This document shows, one piece after another, positions 11,187 to 20,902 of a stretch of DNA of 64,000 nucleotides. The stretch comes from an uncultured Gemmatimonadales bacterium. GTDB lineage: Bacteria > Gemmatimonadota > Gemmatimonadetes > Longimicrobiales > RSA9. Position numbers and translations under genes: made by a program. The stretch lies in NCBI GenBank assembly GCA_963798085.1, contig CAWCRS010000007.1:1216001-1280000 (forward strand), in the 5' to 3' direction. Position 1 is the stretch's first letter. Every line of letters begins with the position of its first letter. The notes under the pieces are model-generated. The model was given only the letters and a program-made list of their open reading frames with translations, searched no databases and had not been told where the DNA came from.

Positions 11187-12506
11187 TTGAACCGCCCGCG
11201 CTCGAGCGACGGCGATCGCACCGTTCCGACCGGGACGGAGCAGGAGCGTGCCATCCTGGTGGCGGCGCCGCCGCGCACGACAGCAGCGCGCGAGGCGGAA
11301 GATCATCTCGCGGAGCTGGCCAGCCTGACGGACACGGCGGGTGCGGCTGTGAGCGGCACGCTGTACCAGCGCATCGATGCGCCGCATCCCAAGTTCTACA
11401 TTGGCGAGGGCAAGGTCGGCGAACTGAAGACGCTGGTGAGCGAGCGCGCGGCGACGCTCGTGATCTTCGACGAAGAGCTGTCGCCATCGCAGGGCAAGAA
11501 CCTGGAAGACCGGCTGGGCACGCGCATCATGGACCGCGCCGAGCTGATCCTCGACATCTTCGCGGTGCGGGCGCGCACTTCCGAGGCGCAAATGCAGGTC
11601 GAGCTGGCACAGCTGGAGTACATGCTGCCCCGCCTCAAGCGCATGTGGGTGCACCTCTCGCGCATACGCGGCGGTATCGGCTTCCGCGGACCCGGCGAGA
11701 CCCAGCTGGAGACCGACCGCCGGCTGATCGGCCGCCGCATCCGCGACCTGCGCCGCAAACTCAATGTTGTGGCGCAGCAGCGCGCCACCCGGCGCAAGGG
11801 ACGTTCGGGCGAGTTCCGTGCCGCCCTCGTCGGCTACACGAATGCCGGCAAGTCATCCATCCTGCGCACGCTGTCGGGTGCGGATGTGTTCGTCGAGAAC
11901 AGGCTGTTTGCGACGCTGGACCCGGCCACGCGCGCCGTGGAGCTGGCGCCGGGTGCGCGCGCACTGGTCACGGACACGGTCGGCTTCATCCGCCGGCTGC
12001 CCCACCACCTGGTGGCGTCGTTCCGCGCCACGCTCGAGGAGGCCGTCGATGCCGACGTGCTGCTGCACGTGATCGATGGCTCGCACGCGGGGTGGGAGGA
12101 GCAGAAGCAGGTGGTAGAAGGCGTGCTGCACGACCTGGGCCTGGGACAGCGACGCACGGTGCTCGTCTTCAACAAGACGGACCGGCTGACACACGCGGAG
12201 GAGGAAGTGCTGCGGCAGCGCGTGCGGGCTCTGTTTCCCGAGGCCGCCGTCTTCGTTTCCGCCGCTGAATCGGATGGACTCGCCGAGCTGCGGGCATTCC
12301 TGCTCGCGGAACTGCGCGAGCGCCGGCCCGCGGTGCGTCTGGCCATCCCATCGTCCGACGGGCAGACGCTGGCCACCGTGTACCGCGAAGGCGAAGTGCT
12401 GCAGCGCGACGAGCGCGGCGCGCACGTCGAGCTGGTGGCCCGGCTGCCGCTCGCCACCGTGGGCCGGCTGCGGCAACGCGGGATTCCGGTAGCGACGGAA
12501 CCGTGA
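11187..12506 (+). CDS. hflX: GTPase HflX
   Basis: LILDIFA, GPGETQLE, GYTNAGKSS, LFATLD, DTVGFI, NKTD. TTG start after GAGAGG. Confidence 0.97.
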   Translation: MNRPRSSDGDRTVPTGTEQERAILVAAPPRTTAAREAEDHLAELASLTDTAGAAVSGTLYQRIDAPHPKFYIGEGKVGELKTLVSERAATLVIFDEELSPSQGKNLEDRLGTRIMDRAELILDIFAVRARTSEAQMQVELAQLEYMLPRLKRMWVHLSRIRGGIGFRGPGETQLETDRRLIGRRIRDLRRKLNVVAQQRATRRKGRSGEFRAALVGYTNAGKSSILRTLSGADVFVENRLFATLDPATRAVELAPGARALVTDTVGFIRRLPHHLVASFRATLEEAVDADVLLHVIDGSHAGWEEQKQVVEGVLHDLGLGQRRTVLVFNKTDRLTHAEEEVLRQRVRALFPEAAVFVSAAESDGLAELRAFLLAELRERRPAVRLAIPSSDGQTLATVYREGEVLQRDERGAHVELVARLPLATVGRLRQRGIPVATEP

Positions 12507-13396
12507 GCGAACGCGTCGTTATCGTCGGCCCGGGTCGCATGGGCCTGGCGCTGGGCGCCGCGCTGCGGCAGAGCGGTGAGACGGAACGGCTGATCTTCTA
12601 CGGCCGGTCTCTCGAGCCGCCGCCTCATCCCATGTTCGAGCCGACCCAGCCGGGCGGTCGCGATGACGACGCGTCCGTGGAGTATCGCGGCGGCCTCGTG
12701 CCGTTGCCGCAGGACACGACCGTGCTGCTGCTTGCCGTGCCGGACCGTGCGCTCAGCGAAGTGTCCCACGATCTGGCCGGCGCGGGTCCGGCGCCGCCCG
12801 GATGTGCCGCGCTGCACCTCTCCGGCGCACTCTCCGCCGACGTGCTCAGCGCACTGCACGCGGTGGGTTACGCGATCGGCTCGCTGCACCCGCTGCAGAC
12901 CGTGGCCGATCCCTGGTTTTCAGCGCACCGGCTCACCGGCATCGCGTTCGCGATTTCCGGTGAGCCCGCGGCAATTCTCGCCGCGCGCAGGCTGGTGGAT
13001 GCACTCGATGGCACCCCACTCGTGATTCCGCCCACACTCCGCCCGGTCTACCACGCGGCCGCAGTCATGGCGTCCAACTACGTGGTAGCCGTGGTCGCGG
13101 CAGCCAGCCGGTTGTTGCAGCAGGCAGGCGTTCACGAGGAGGAAGCACTGCGCGCACTGCTGCCGCTGGTGGAAGGCACCATCGACAACCTCAAGCATCT
13201 GGGAATTCCGGCAGCGCTCACCGGTCCGATTGCACGCGGCGATGCAGATACCATTCGCCTGCACCTCGCCCGGTTGTCGCAGGGGGAGCGGCCACTATAT
13301 TCCGCGCTCGGTCAGGAAGTGCTGCGTCTGGCCCGGCTGGCGGGACTGGATGCGCGCAAGGCGGACGAGATCGAGGAGCTTCTCGCACCCTATTGA
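12503..13396 (+). CDS. Rossmann-like and DUF2520 domain protein
   Basis: VGPGRMG, LAVPD, HLSGA, LHPLQT, YHAAAVMASN, LTGPIARGD. Confidence 0.9.
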   Translation: MSERVVIVGPGRMGLALGAALRQSGETERLIFYGRSLEPPPHPMFEPTQPGGRDDDASVEYRGGLVPLPQDTTVLLLAVPDRALSEVSHDLAGAGPAPPGCAALHLSGALSADVLSALHAVGYAIGSLHPLQTVADPWFSAHRLTGIAFAISGEPAAILAARRLVDALDGTPLVIPPTLRPVYHAAAVMASNYVVAVVAAASRLLQQAGVHEEEALRALLPLVEGTIDNLKHLGIPAALTGPIARGDADTIRLHLARLSQGERPLYSALGQEVLRLARLAGLDARKADEIEELLAPY

Positions 13397-14157
13397 TGCG
13401 GCTCCACATCAACATCGACCACGTCGCCACCGTGCGACAGGCTCGCCGTACGGATGAGCCGGATCCGGTGCGTGCGGCCGTACTCGCGGAACTGGGCGGC
13501 GCCGACGGCATCACCGTGCACCTGCGGGAAGACCGCCGGCACATCCAGGATCGCGATGTGCGACTGCTGCTGGAAACCGTGCGTACCGCAGTCAACCTGG
13601 AGCTGGCGGCGGCGCCTGGCATGATCGAGCTGGGCACCCGGCTGCGACCCATGGCGGTGACGCTTGTGCCGGAGCGGCGCGAGGAAATCACGACCGAAGG
13701 CGGATTGAACCTGAAGGATGCGGACGGCCGCGAGCGGGTCGGCGCAGCAATTGCCACCCTGCGCGACGCAGGCATTCGTACCTCGTTGTTCATCGCGCCG
13801 GACGCTGCCGACGTGGATGCTGCGGCTACGCTGGGAGCTGATGCGATCGAGCTGCACACGGGCGCCTTTGCGCATCAGTACAAGGGGGCGATGCTACGTT
13901 CCGCCGAAGGCCGCGACGCCGAGCTGGGCCGGCTGCGGCGCGCGGCGGCCAGTGCACACAGTCAGGGCCTGGCGGTCCACGCCGGTCACGGGCTCACGTA
14001 CGAGAACGTCATGGCACTCGCGCCGCTGGCGGAGATCGAGGAGCTGAACATCGGTCACTCGGTGGTGAGCCGCGCCGTGCTGGTGGGCATGGAGCGCGCC
14101 GTTCGCGAAATGAAGACGATCCTGCTGCGCGCGCGCTCCACTGTGCACGACGGATGA
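13396..14157 (+). CDS. pdxJ: Pyridoxine 5'-phosphate synthase
   Basis: NIDHVATVRQAR, HLREDRRHI, ELHTG, HAGHGL, ELNIGH. Confidence 0.98.
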   Translation: MRLHINIDHVATVRQARRTDEPDPVRAAVLAELGGADGITVHLREDRRHIQDRDVRLLLETVRTAVNLELAAAPGMIELGTRLRPMAVTLVPERREEITTEGGLNLKDADGRERVGAAIATLRDAGIRTSLFIAPDAADVDAAATLGADAIELHTGAFAHQYKGAMLRSAEGRDAELGRLRRAAASAHSQGLAVHAGHGLTYENVMALAPLAEIEELNIGHSVVSRAVLVGMERAVREMKTILLRARSTVHDG

Positions 14158-15164
14158 TGGTGGAAATGGCACTGCACGATCATTATCGCGCCGAAGCTGC
14201 AGACTGCCTCGGCATCATCGAAGCGGCGCCCGTGCGGGCGAGGCGCGAAGCGGCGCTCAACGAGGTGTGGCGCGCGGCGCGCACGCTGGGTGGCATGGCG
14301 AGGCTGGCGGGTGAGCAGCGCGTGGTGCGGGCGGCGCGGGCGCTGGAGGAGGCGGCGCGGCAGCCGACCGGGCTGGGTCTCGATAGCAGCGAGTTAGAAG
14401 CCGAGCTGCGGGTCTCGGCCGCGGACCTGCGCCTGCTGGTGGATGGGGCTGAGCCGCCGGCCGAGCTGGATGCACGTGCCTTGCGCCTGGTCGAGCGCTG
14501 GCACGCCGCCAGTTCCGGCGAGGGAAACCCGGCGCCCGCCCCGCGCAGCGACAATGGCGAATTCCGCGCCTTCGTCGCGCGCGAGGCCGCGGGCATCGTG
14601 GAAATACTCGAGACCGCGGTAGCCGCGTTCAGCGAGGACCCCTCGAATCGCGAGATGCTGGGAGCGACGCTGCGCCGGCAGCGCGCGCTCCTGGGTGCAG
14701 CCCGCCTCAATGAGATCACCGTGGTGGCCGAAACGCTGCACGCGGTGGATGATCTTTCCGAACTCATCGTCCGCCTGGGAGTGCCCATCAAGAGCGAATG
14801 GCTGGACGTGTTCCGCTCCGCCCGCGAAGTGCTGCGCGCCTCTGCGGCTTCGCTGGAGAAAGGCGAATCGCCGTCGCCCACACCGTCGCTCAGCCGGCTG
14901 CGCACGCTGCGCCAGGAACTGGTGGATCGATACGGCAACCGCGAGGTGCCACCCACCGAGGCGCAGGCCGCGGCCGCACGCGAACTGACCGGCGCGTCCG
15001 ACGGCAGCAGCGCCGCGAGTGCGTCCGCTCCCACCGCGCCGGTGTCACCACGCGAGCGCGCAGCCGCGCTGCACGCCACCGTGGTACGCGCACTGGGCGC
15101 GGACCGTGACGGTCGCAATGCTCTGGACGAATTGTACAACCTCCTGCTGCGGAACATGCTGTGA
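14154..15164 (+). CDS. Hypothetical protein with two Hpt-like helical bundles lacking the phospho-His
   Basis: ATGA/GTGA overlaps with both neighbours. RAARTLGGMARL and RRQRALLGAARL resemble the Hpt motif RxxHTLKGxA. Confidence 0.7.
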   Translation: MMVEMALHDHYRAEAADCLGIIEAAPVRARREAALNEVWRAARTLGGMARLAGEQRVVRAARALEEAARQPTGLGLDSSELEAELRVSAADLRLLVDGAEPPAELDARALRLVERWHAASSGEGNPAPAPRSDNGEFRAFVAREAAGIVEILETAVAAFSEDPSNREMLGATLRRQRALLGAARLNEITVVAETLHAVDDLSELIVRLGVPIKSEWLDVFRSAREVLRASAASLEKGESPSPTPSLSRLRTLRQELVDRYGNREVPPTEAQAAAARELTGASDGSSAASASAPTAPVSPRERAAALHATVVRALGADRDGRNALDELYNLLLRNML

Positions 15165-16288
15165 GCAGCCGCGGCACGCCCGGCCCGCAGGCGCCGCCGG
15201 GCGAGAAGCGTGAGGCGCGGTCCGCCGCCCGGCCGCTCCTCAACTGGAAGACCGTCATCGGCATCCTCATCAGCGGCGGCGCTCTCTACTTCTCGTTCCG
15301 CGGGCAGGACCTGGGCGAGATTGCCCGGCAGCTGACGCGCGCCGATCCGCTGCTGCTGCTGCTGGCCACCGTCTTCGCGACCTCGGTCTTCTGGATCCGC
15401 GCCTGGCGCTGGCGCGCCATCCTCGATCCGGTTCTGCCGGACACGAGGTTCCGCTCGCGCTTCGCCGCCGTGAACATCGGCTTCATGGGTAACAACCTGT
15501 TACCGGCGCGCGTGGGCGAGTTCGCGCGCGCCTACGCCATTGCCCGCCTGGAGCCCGTGCCCGTGGTGGCCGCCCTCAGCACGCTGGTCATCGAGCGCAT
15601 GCTGGATGCGGTCTCCCTGGTCACGCTGCTGTTCGTGTCCATGGTGCTGCCCGGATTCCCGGCCTGGCCGGACAATGCCAGCATCAACTTCCCGGCGACG
15701 GCCCGGCGCATCGGCATCGGTGTGGGCCTGGGGGCACTGCTGCTGTTTGCACTGGTGCTGTTTCCGCGGCGCACAGTAGGCGTCTTCGAGGCCATTGCTA
15801 ATCGTGTGTTGCCCAGCTCCATGCGCCGTCCGGTCATCGACGCGCTGGAGGCGTTTCTGTCCGGCGTCGGCATTCTGCGCAACGTCCGCCTGATGGGCGA
15901 AGCGGTGCTCTGGAGCCTGGTACTCTGGCTGGTCAACTCGCTGGGCTTCTGGGTGGCGTTCCGCGCCTTCGGTCTGCCGCTCTCCCTCACCGCCGCCATC
16001 TTCTTCCAGTCCTGCCTCGCCTTCGTCGTGTCGGTGCCCGCTGCGCCCGGATTCTGGGGCACGTACGAGTGGTCCGCGAAGCTGGTCCTGGTGGATCTCT
16101 GGGGACAGGATGCCTCCCGCTCCCTCGCCTGTGCCGTCGGCTTCCACATCACCGGCTTTCTGCCGGTCACGCTCATGGGCCTCTACTACGCGTGGAAACT
16201 CGGCCTCTCACTCAAGGGCGTGGCGCGCACTGAAGTTGCTGTGGAGCAGGCTGTGGAGCAGGCGACGACGCCACCCGCGGCATCCTGA
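15161..16288 (+). CDS. Lysylphosphatidylglycerol synthase TM (flippase-like) membrane protein
   Basis: IRAWRW, NNLLPARVGEFARA, ERMLD, PAAPGFWGTYE; multiple TM helices. Confidence 0.88.
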   Translation: MSSRGTPGPQAPPGEKREARSAARPLLNWKTVIGILISGGALYFSFRGQDLGEIARQLTRADPLLLLLATVFATSVFWIRAWRWRAILDPVLPDTRFRSRFAAVNIGFMGNNLLPARVGEFARAYAIARLEPVPVVAALSTLVIERMLDAVSLVTLLFVSMVLPGFPAWPDNASINFPATARRIGIGVGLGALLLFALVLFPRRTVGVFEAIANRVLPSSMRRPVIDALEAFLSGVGILRNVRLMGEAVLWSLVLWLVNSLGFWVAFRAFGLPLSLTAAIFFQSCLAFVVSVPAAPGFWGTYEWSAKLVLVDLWGQDASRSLACAVGFHITGFLPVTLMGLYYAWKLGLSLKGVARTEVAVEQAVEQATTPPAAS

Positions 16289-16290
16289 GC

Positions 16291-17190
16291 ATGGCCGGCT
16301 ACTCCGCGTACGCCAAGATCAATCTCTTCCTGCACGTGCTGGCTCGTGAGGCCAGCGGCTTCCATCAGATCGAAACGCTGTTCTGCGCGCTGGAACTGGC
16401 CAATGAAATCGAAGTGGTCGCCCGGACCGGTGGGCTGGTTCTCAATGTCGAGGGCGAGGATCTCGGACCCGCGGAACAGAACCTGGTATGGCGCGCAGCC
16501 GTGACTTTCTATGCGCGGCTGGGCCGATTGCCCGGCGCGCACATCCGGCTGCGCAAACGCATTCCCGTTGGCGCGGGACTGGGTGGCGGTTCCAGTGATG
16601 CGGCGACGACGCTGTTTGCATTGAACGAGCTGCATCGCCGGCCGTTCGCCAGGAATGCACTGCTGGACATGGGGGCCAGGCTGGGAAGCAATGTGCCGTT
16701 CTTCGTGAGCCGGGCCGCGCTCGCCCTCGCATGGGGCCGAGGCGAACGACTGCTGTGTCTGCCCGCACTCGACAGCGCACCGGTGGTGCTTGCGATACCG
16801 CCGCAACGGATACTCACCGCAGAGGCCTACCGCGGGCTGGCACAGCGACGCGCTGGCGCGCGGCGGAACGGCATCGTTGCGCGCCGCTTCTCGGCGGGCG
16901 AGCTGCTGGAGTGGCGCGAGGTGGCCGCACTCGCGGGTAACGACTTCGAAGCGGTTGCCTGTGGCGAAATTCCCGCCGTGCAGGCTGCCCTCGACACACT
17001 CCGCTCCAGCGGCGCGGAGTGCGCGCAGCTCACCGGGAGTGGCTCCGCGGTGTTCGGCGTGTTCGAGGACAGGGAGACTGCAGCGGGCGCGCAGGCTGCG
17101 CTGCAGGCTGCGCTCCCCGCGCTGACGGTTCTGCTCACACGCACGTTGTCGCGGGCTGACGCCGTTGATCCGGTTTCCAGCGGGCGGTAA
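16291..17190 (+). CDS. ispE: 4-diphosphocytidyl-2-C-methyl-D-erythritol kinase
   Basis: AKINLFL, KRIPVGAGLGGGSSDAA, NDFE, LTGSGSAVF. Confidence 0.96.
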   Translation: MAGYSAYAKINLFLHVLAREASGFHQIETLFCALELANEIEVVARTGGLVLNVEGEDLGPAEQNLVWRAAVTFYARLGRLPGAHIRLRKRIPVGAGLGGGSSDAATTLFALNELHRRPFARNALLDMGARLGSNVPFFVSRAALALAWGRGERLLCLPALDSAPVVLAIPPQRILTAEAYRGLAQRRAGARRNGIVARRFSAGELLEWREVAALAGNDFEAVACGEIPAVQAALDTLRSSGAECAQLTGSGSAVFGVFEDRETAAGAQAALQAALPALTVLLTRTLSRADAVDPVSSGR

Positions 17191-17202
17191 CTTCGAGACT
17201 CC

Positions 17203-17273
17203 TCCCGGGTCGTCTAATGGCAGGACTGAGGACTTTGGATCCTCCAGTGGTGGTTCGAATCCACCCCCGGGAA
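17203..17273 (+). tRNA. tRNA-Gln(TTG)
   Basis: Acceptor TCCCGGG/CCCGGGA, D-arm GTC-TAATGGCAG-GAC, anticodon stem GAGGA/TCCTC with TTG at 17235-17237, T-arm GGTGG-TTCGAAT-CCACC. Usual ispE-tRNA-Gln-prs context. Confidence 0.97.
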
Positions 17274-17549
17274 TCCACCGTCTGACCCGCAACACCGCAG
17301 CGGTCCAATTCTCTCCTCAGCCCGGCCTGCGCGAAACCCCGCAAGCGCCCGTCCGGCGTGAACCAATGGGATGGGTCTCACCGATCGCAACCACGCCCTG
17401 AACGCACCCGGTGATTGGCGCTGCGGGGTGACGTTACGGTTTCGGTTCCCTGCCCGCATCGAAGCGTGACGTGTCCGGGACGTGACAGCGCGCACTTTCC
17501 TGATGGCTGGTCGATTCGTTGTCACACCCCGGAGCCAGATTCCTGCCGT

Positions 17550-17795
17550 ATGAAAACGCCAATGCGAGAGGCAGCGATGATGCCGCCCACGACGGAACTC
17601 CTGCACCGCCGCATCGTACAGCTTTCCGGTGAAGTGGCGTGCAGCCTCGAGGAGTTGACAACCCTGCTGGAGGCGCACGCGCAGACGCGCACCTCGGTGC
17701 ACACGCAGTGTCCCCTGTGCATGCTGCGGGACGATCTGGCTGCAGTGCGGACGAGGGTGGCGCGCGCCGCGAGTCTGGAGGAGCAGTTCGGCTGA
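17550..17795 (+). CDS. Small hypothetical protein with HxxCxxC motif
   Basis: Helical ORF (...HTQCPLCMLRDDL...) whose stop overlaps the next ATG (TGATG). Start uncertain (17550 or a downstream ATG). Confidence 0.55.
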   Translation: MKTPMREAAMMPPTTELLHRRIVQLSGEVACSLEELTTLLEAHAQTRTSVHTQCPLCMLRDDLAAVRTRVARAASLEEQFG

Positions 17796-19054
17796 TGCGC
17801 CCGATCGCTGTGCCCCCGCCGCTGGGGGCGGCCGGCCGCACGCAGGTGCGGTCGGCGTCGTCCGTGCTGAGCCCGGCGGATGCCGTTACCGGTATCGCGT
17901 TTCTGGTTTTCTATGCCGCGCTGGCCAGCTGGCTGCTGGTACGGCCCGGCACGGTGGTGGCGCTCGGTCATAACGTCGTGTTTGGCACGGATACGGCCGA
18001 CCGCCTGGCGCTGCTCACGCAGCCCGGAGCGCCGCGCCCGCTGCCCATGCTGCTGATGCACCCGGCGCTGTTCCATGTATGGCGCCCGCTGGCCCTCCTG
18101 CTCACGCGACTGTTCGCGCACTTCATGAGTACAGGCGCCGCCCGACTGCGCGCAGTCGAGCTGATCGTGCTGGTGCCCATGACGCTGGGCGCCTGGAGCA
18201 TGCTGCAGCTGGGCCGGCGCTTCGAGGCGCCTCGCCTGCCGCTCGCGATGCTGCTGCTCGTGTACCTGGGCTTCACTGTGAATGCCGTGGCCGTCATGCC
18301 CGAGCACTGGGGCATCTCCATGGGGCTGTTCCCGGTGATCCTCTGGCTGTACACGGGCCCGCGCACCCTGGCGCGCACGGCCTGGCTGGTCTTCAGCTGC
18401 CTGCTGCTGGCGGCCACCACCATCACAAACAGCGTGTTTGGGGGCGCCGTGGTTCTGCTGCTGGTGCTGGAACGGCGACCGCTGCGCTGGCTGGTGCCCC
18501 GGGTACTGCTGGCGGCAGTCATCACACTGCCCATCGCGCGACATCTGGCCGGCACGCTGCGCTACTCGCGCAATGTGCGCTCCTTCTGGAACATGAGGCT
18601 GGTACATCAGCCGCTGGCCGCGCTGAGCGCCATGCTCTTCGGCGTGGTGGCGCCCGCCGTGGGCCCGCTGCCCCGGGTAGCCCCGGAGCGCGATCACCTG
18701 ACGCTCACCTACATGCCGCTCACCTGGCACGGATACTCCTGGCTGCAGGCGGTGGGCGGCGCCGCATGGCTGGTGCTGCTGGGTGTCGCGGCCTGGCGCG
18801 CGCTGTCGGGAGCACAGACGCGGAGCATCGCGCTGCTGCTCGTCGGCTGGGTGTTGGGCAACCTGATTCTGCACAACTTGTGGGGCGACGAGTTCTTCCT
18901 CTACTCGCCGCACTGGGCCTGGGCGCTCATGGCGCTTGCCGTGTTGGGGGCACGTCGGCTCGACGGGCGTTTCGTGGCCGCCGCCGCGATCCTCACGCTG
19001 AGCGCCGAGTGCCTGACGCTCTGGCAGATCGGCAGCCTGCTGCACGGGTTCTGA
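17795..19054 (+). CDS. Polytopic membrane protein (possible GT-C-fold glycosyltransferase-like)
   Basis: About 10 hydrophobic segments, an acidic loop after TM1 (FGTDTADR...HP) and a C-terminal EFFLYSPHW. The function is inference. Confidence 0.7.
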   Translation: MRPIAVPPPLGAAGRTQVRSASSVLSPADAVTGIAFLVFYAALASWLLVRPGTVVALGHNVVFGTDTADRLALLTQPGAPRPLPMLLMHPALFHVWRPLALLLTRLFAHFMSTGAARLRAVELIVLVPMTLGAWSMLQLGRRFEAPRLPLAMLLLVYLGFTVNAVAVMPEHWGISMGLFPVILWLYTGPRTLARTAWLVFSCLLLAATTITNSVFGGAVVLLLVLERRPLRWLVPRVLLAAVITLPIARHLAGTLRYSRNVRSFWNMRLVHQPLAALSAMLFGVVAPAVGPLPRVAPERDHLTLTYMPLTWHGYSWLQAVGGAAWLVLLGVAAWRALSGAQTRSIALLLVGWVLGNLILHNLWGDEFFLYSPHWAWALMALAVLGARRLDGRFVAAAAILTLSAECLTLWQIGSLLHGF

Positions 19055-19251
19055 ACCGAGCGTGACGCGCATCGTCGCCTGAGCCCCGAGCACTTTGCGA
19101 CCCGCCAAACGCGCAGCGACGTCCGGCGGGTTGCGGCTTGCCCCCTCCCGCAACTTCACACACATTGCGGCAGCCGGTCATCGCGGCGCGTCCCCTGCAG
19201 CCGGCACGATTGCCGTGGCCGGCACTCTCGCGGTGGAGGAAGCAGGCCGTA

Positions 19252-19914
19252 ATGCCAAGACAGCCCCGCTTCTCGACCCGACGTCTTCCCGATTCCATGC
19301 GCAGTCGTCTGGAAGTGGCGACGGCACTAGCCTGGGAAGCGCTCGTCGAAACGCATGCACAGCAGGCATTGTCGTTCGTGCGGCTGCTGCAGGAGCGGGT
19401 GCCCATCGAAGAGGCGCTGCTGCGCTACCTCATGGAAGTCGACCTCGGCGAATCGATGGCCAGCGCGGTGCGCACGCGCGTACTTGCGGACAGCGAACGC
19501 GAGCCGCTGGACGAGCTCGAGACGGATGACGCGGAGCCGTCGCCGGATCGGCTGGAGCTGCATACCGACGGATTCCTGCCCGGGGATGACGCGAATCCGG
19601 ACGGTGGCTGGCGGCGCTTCCGTCCGGACGTGGTCATGCGCGGCTTTCGTGAGCGACAGAAGCGCGATGAGGAGACTGAAGGCTGGATCCGGCTGGCTCT
19701 CGCGCGTGCCGAGGAAGCGGCCATCAGCACGCACGTGGACAATGCCATCACGTTCGCCGCGTTGCTGGAAGAACTGCTGCCCTTCGACCGCGCAGTGCAG
19801 GAGTACCTGGAGGCCGTGGGCCTCTCCGGTGGGCGCGCCCAGGCCGTGCACCAGCGCACCATGGCGCGGCTCGCCGAAGTGCACCTGCCGATTCCGGCAC
19901 CAGCCCGCCACTGA
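19252..19914 (+). CDS. Hypothetical protein with internal tandem domain duplication
   Basis: GC3-rich ORF with two ~60-aa repeats joined by an acidic linker. GGAGG upstream. Confidence 0.75.
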   Translation: MPRQPRFSTRRLPDSMRSRLEVATALAWEALVETHAQQALSFVRLLQERVPIEEALLRYLMEVDLGESMASAVRTRVLADSEREPLDELETDDAEPSPDRLELHTDGFLPGDDANPDGGWRRFRPDVVMRGFRERQKRDEETEGWIRLALARAEEAAISTHVDNAITFAALLEELLPFDRAVQEYLEAVGLSGGRAQAVHQRTMARLAEVHLPIPAPARH

Positions 19915-20037
19915 GCCTGCAGCCGGGCCTCGCCCGGAGGGCAACGCGACTGCCCGTCAATTCCGGACTGGTACGCGCCGTTTCTTGCATGGGCCGGTTT
20001 CCCCGACCGTGTCGCCCCACCGAACCGGGAGCAAGCC

Positions 20038-20853
20038 GTGTTCGCTCGCCTGCGTCACGCCCACTGGCGCGCCCATCGGCCGCAGGAGATTGGCCGCTGC
20101 CGCCTCGAGAGTCGCGACTGGCTCCGCATAACCTGGGCATACGGCGGCCTGCCCGTCAGCCTGCCCATGAGCATTGCCACGCGCGCCGGTCCGTTCCATT
20201 TCGAGGAACGCTCCGATATCGCCACGTGGTGGCAGATTCACTGCCGCGACGCGTACCCCGTCCGCGGTGACGAACAGATCATCGTCGATGCCGGCGCCAA
20301 CATTGGTGCGTTCACACTGTACGCTGCCGCCCACGCTCCCCAGGCCCGCATCGTCGCCATCGAGCCATCAAAGGAGACCTTTGCACGACTGCGCGGGCAC
20401 GTGGCAGGGGCAGGTATCGAGCACCGGTGCGAGCTGATTCACGGTGCGCTCGGCGCGCACGCGGGCAGCACCACGATCGAATCACGCGGCGGCAGCCAGT
20501 TCCGTAGATCCGGCCACGGGGATGAAGTCGTGCGCATGATCGGCCTCGATGAGATCCTCGAACGCGGTCCAGGAGTGGACCTGCTGAAAATGGACATTGA
20601 GGGGGGCGAGTACGATGTCCTGCCCGCGTGCCGCCTGCTGCAGCGGGTGCAGCGCATTGCCATGGAAACGCACCCGCTGAGGAACGGCCGCGACGCGGAC
20701 TGGCTGCTGGACCTGCTGCACCGTGCCGGGTTTGTCTGCACATTCGAGGACCACGGCGAAGGGTACGGCATTGCCGTGTGCGAGCGCAGTCCGCATACGC
20801 CAGCGAAGAAAGTCGTCTCCGGCGCTGCGCCGAATGTCGCCTCTCTCGCCTGA
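20038..20853 (+). CDS. FkbM family SAM-dependent methyltransferase
   Basis: IVDAGANIGAF, AIEP, LLKMDIEGGE. Confidence 0.9.
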   Translation: MFARLRHAHWRAHRPQEIGRCRLESRDWLRITWAYGGLPVSLPMSIATRAGPFHFEERSDIATWWQIHCRDAYPVRGDEQIIVDAGANIGAFTLYAAAHAPQARIVAIEPSKETFARLRGHVAGAGIEHRCELIHGALGAHAGSTTIESRGGSQFRRSGHGDEVVRMIGLDEILERGPGVDLLKMDIEGGEYDVLPACRLLQRVQRIAMETHPLRNGRDADWLLDLLHRAGFVCTFEDHGEGYGIAVCERSPHTPAKKVVSGAAPNVASLA

Positions 20854-20872
20854 GGGATGCCGTGTCAGCCGG

Positions 20873-20902
20873 TTGACACGACTCCGCAGATCGGGCTAAT
20901 TT
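20873..20902 (+). promoter_or_regulatory. Putative sigma70 promoter of the prs-rplY-pth operon
   Basis: TTGACA-N18-TAATTT upstream of prs. Confidence 0.5.

Noticed and set aside
16238..16261. 12-bp tandem duplication (AVEQAVEQ)
   Set aside because: In-frame duplication in a low-complexity C-terminal tail; trivial.
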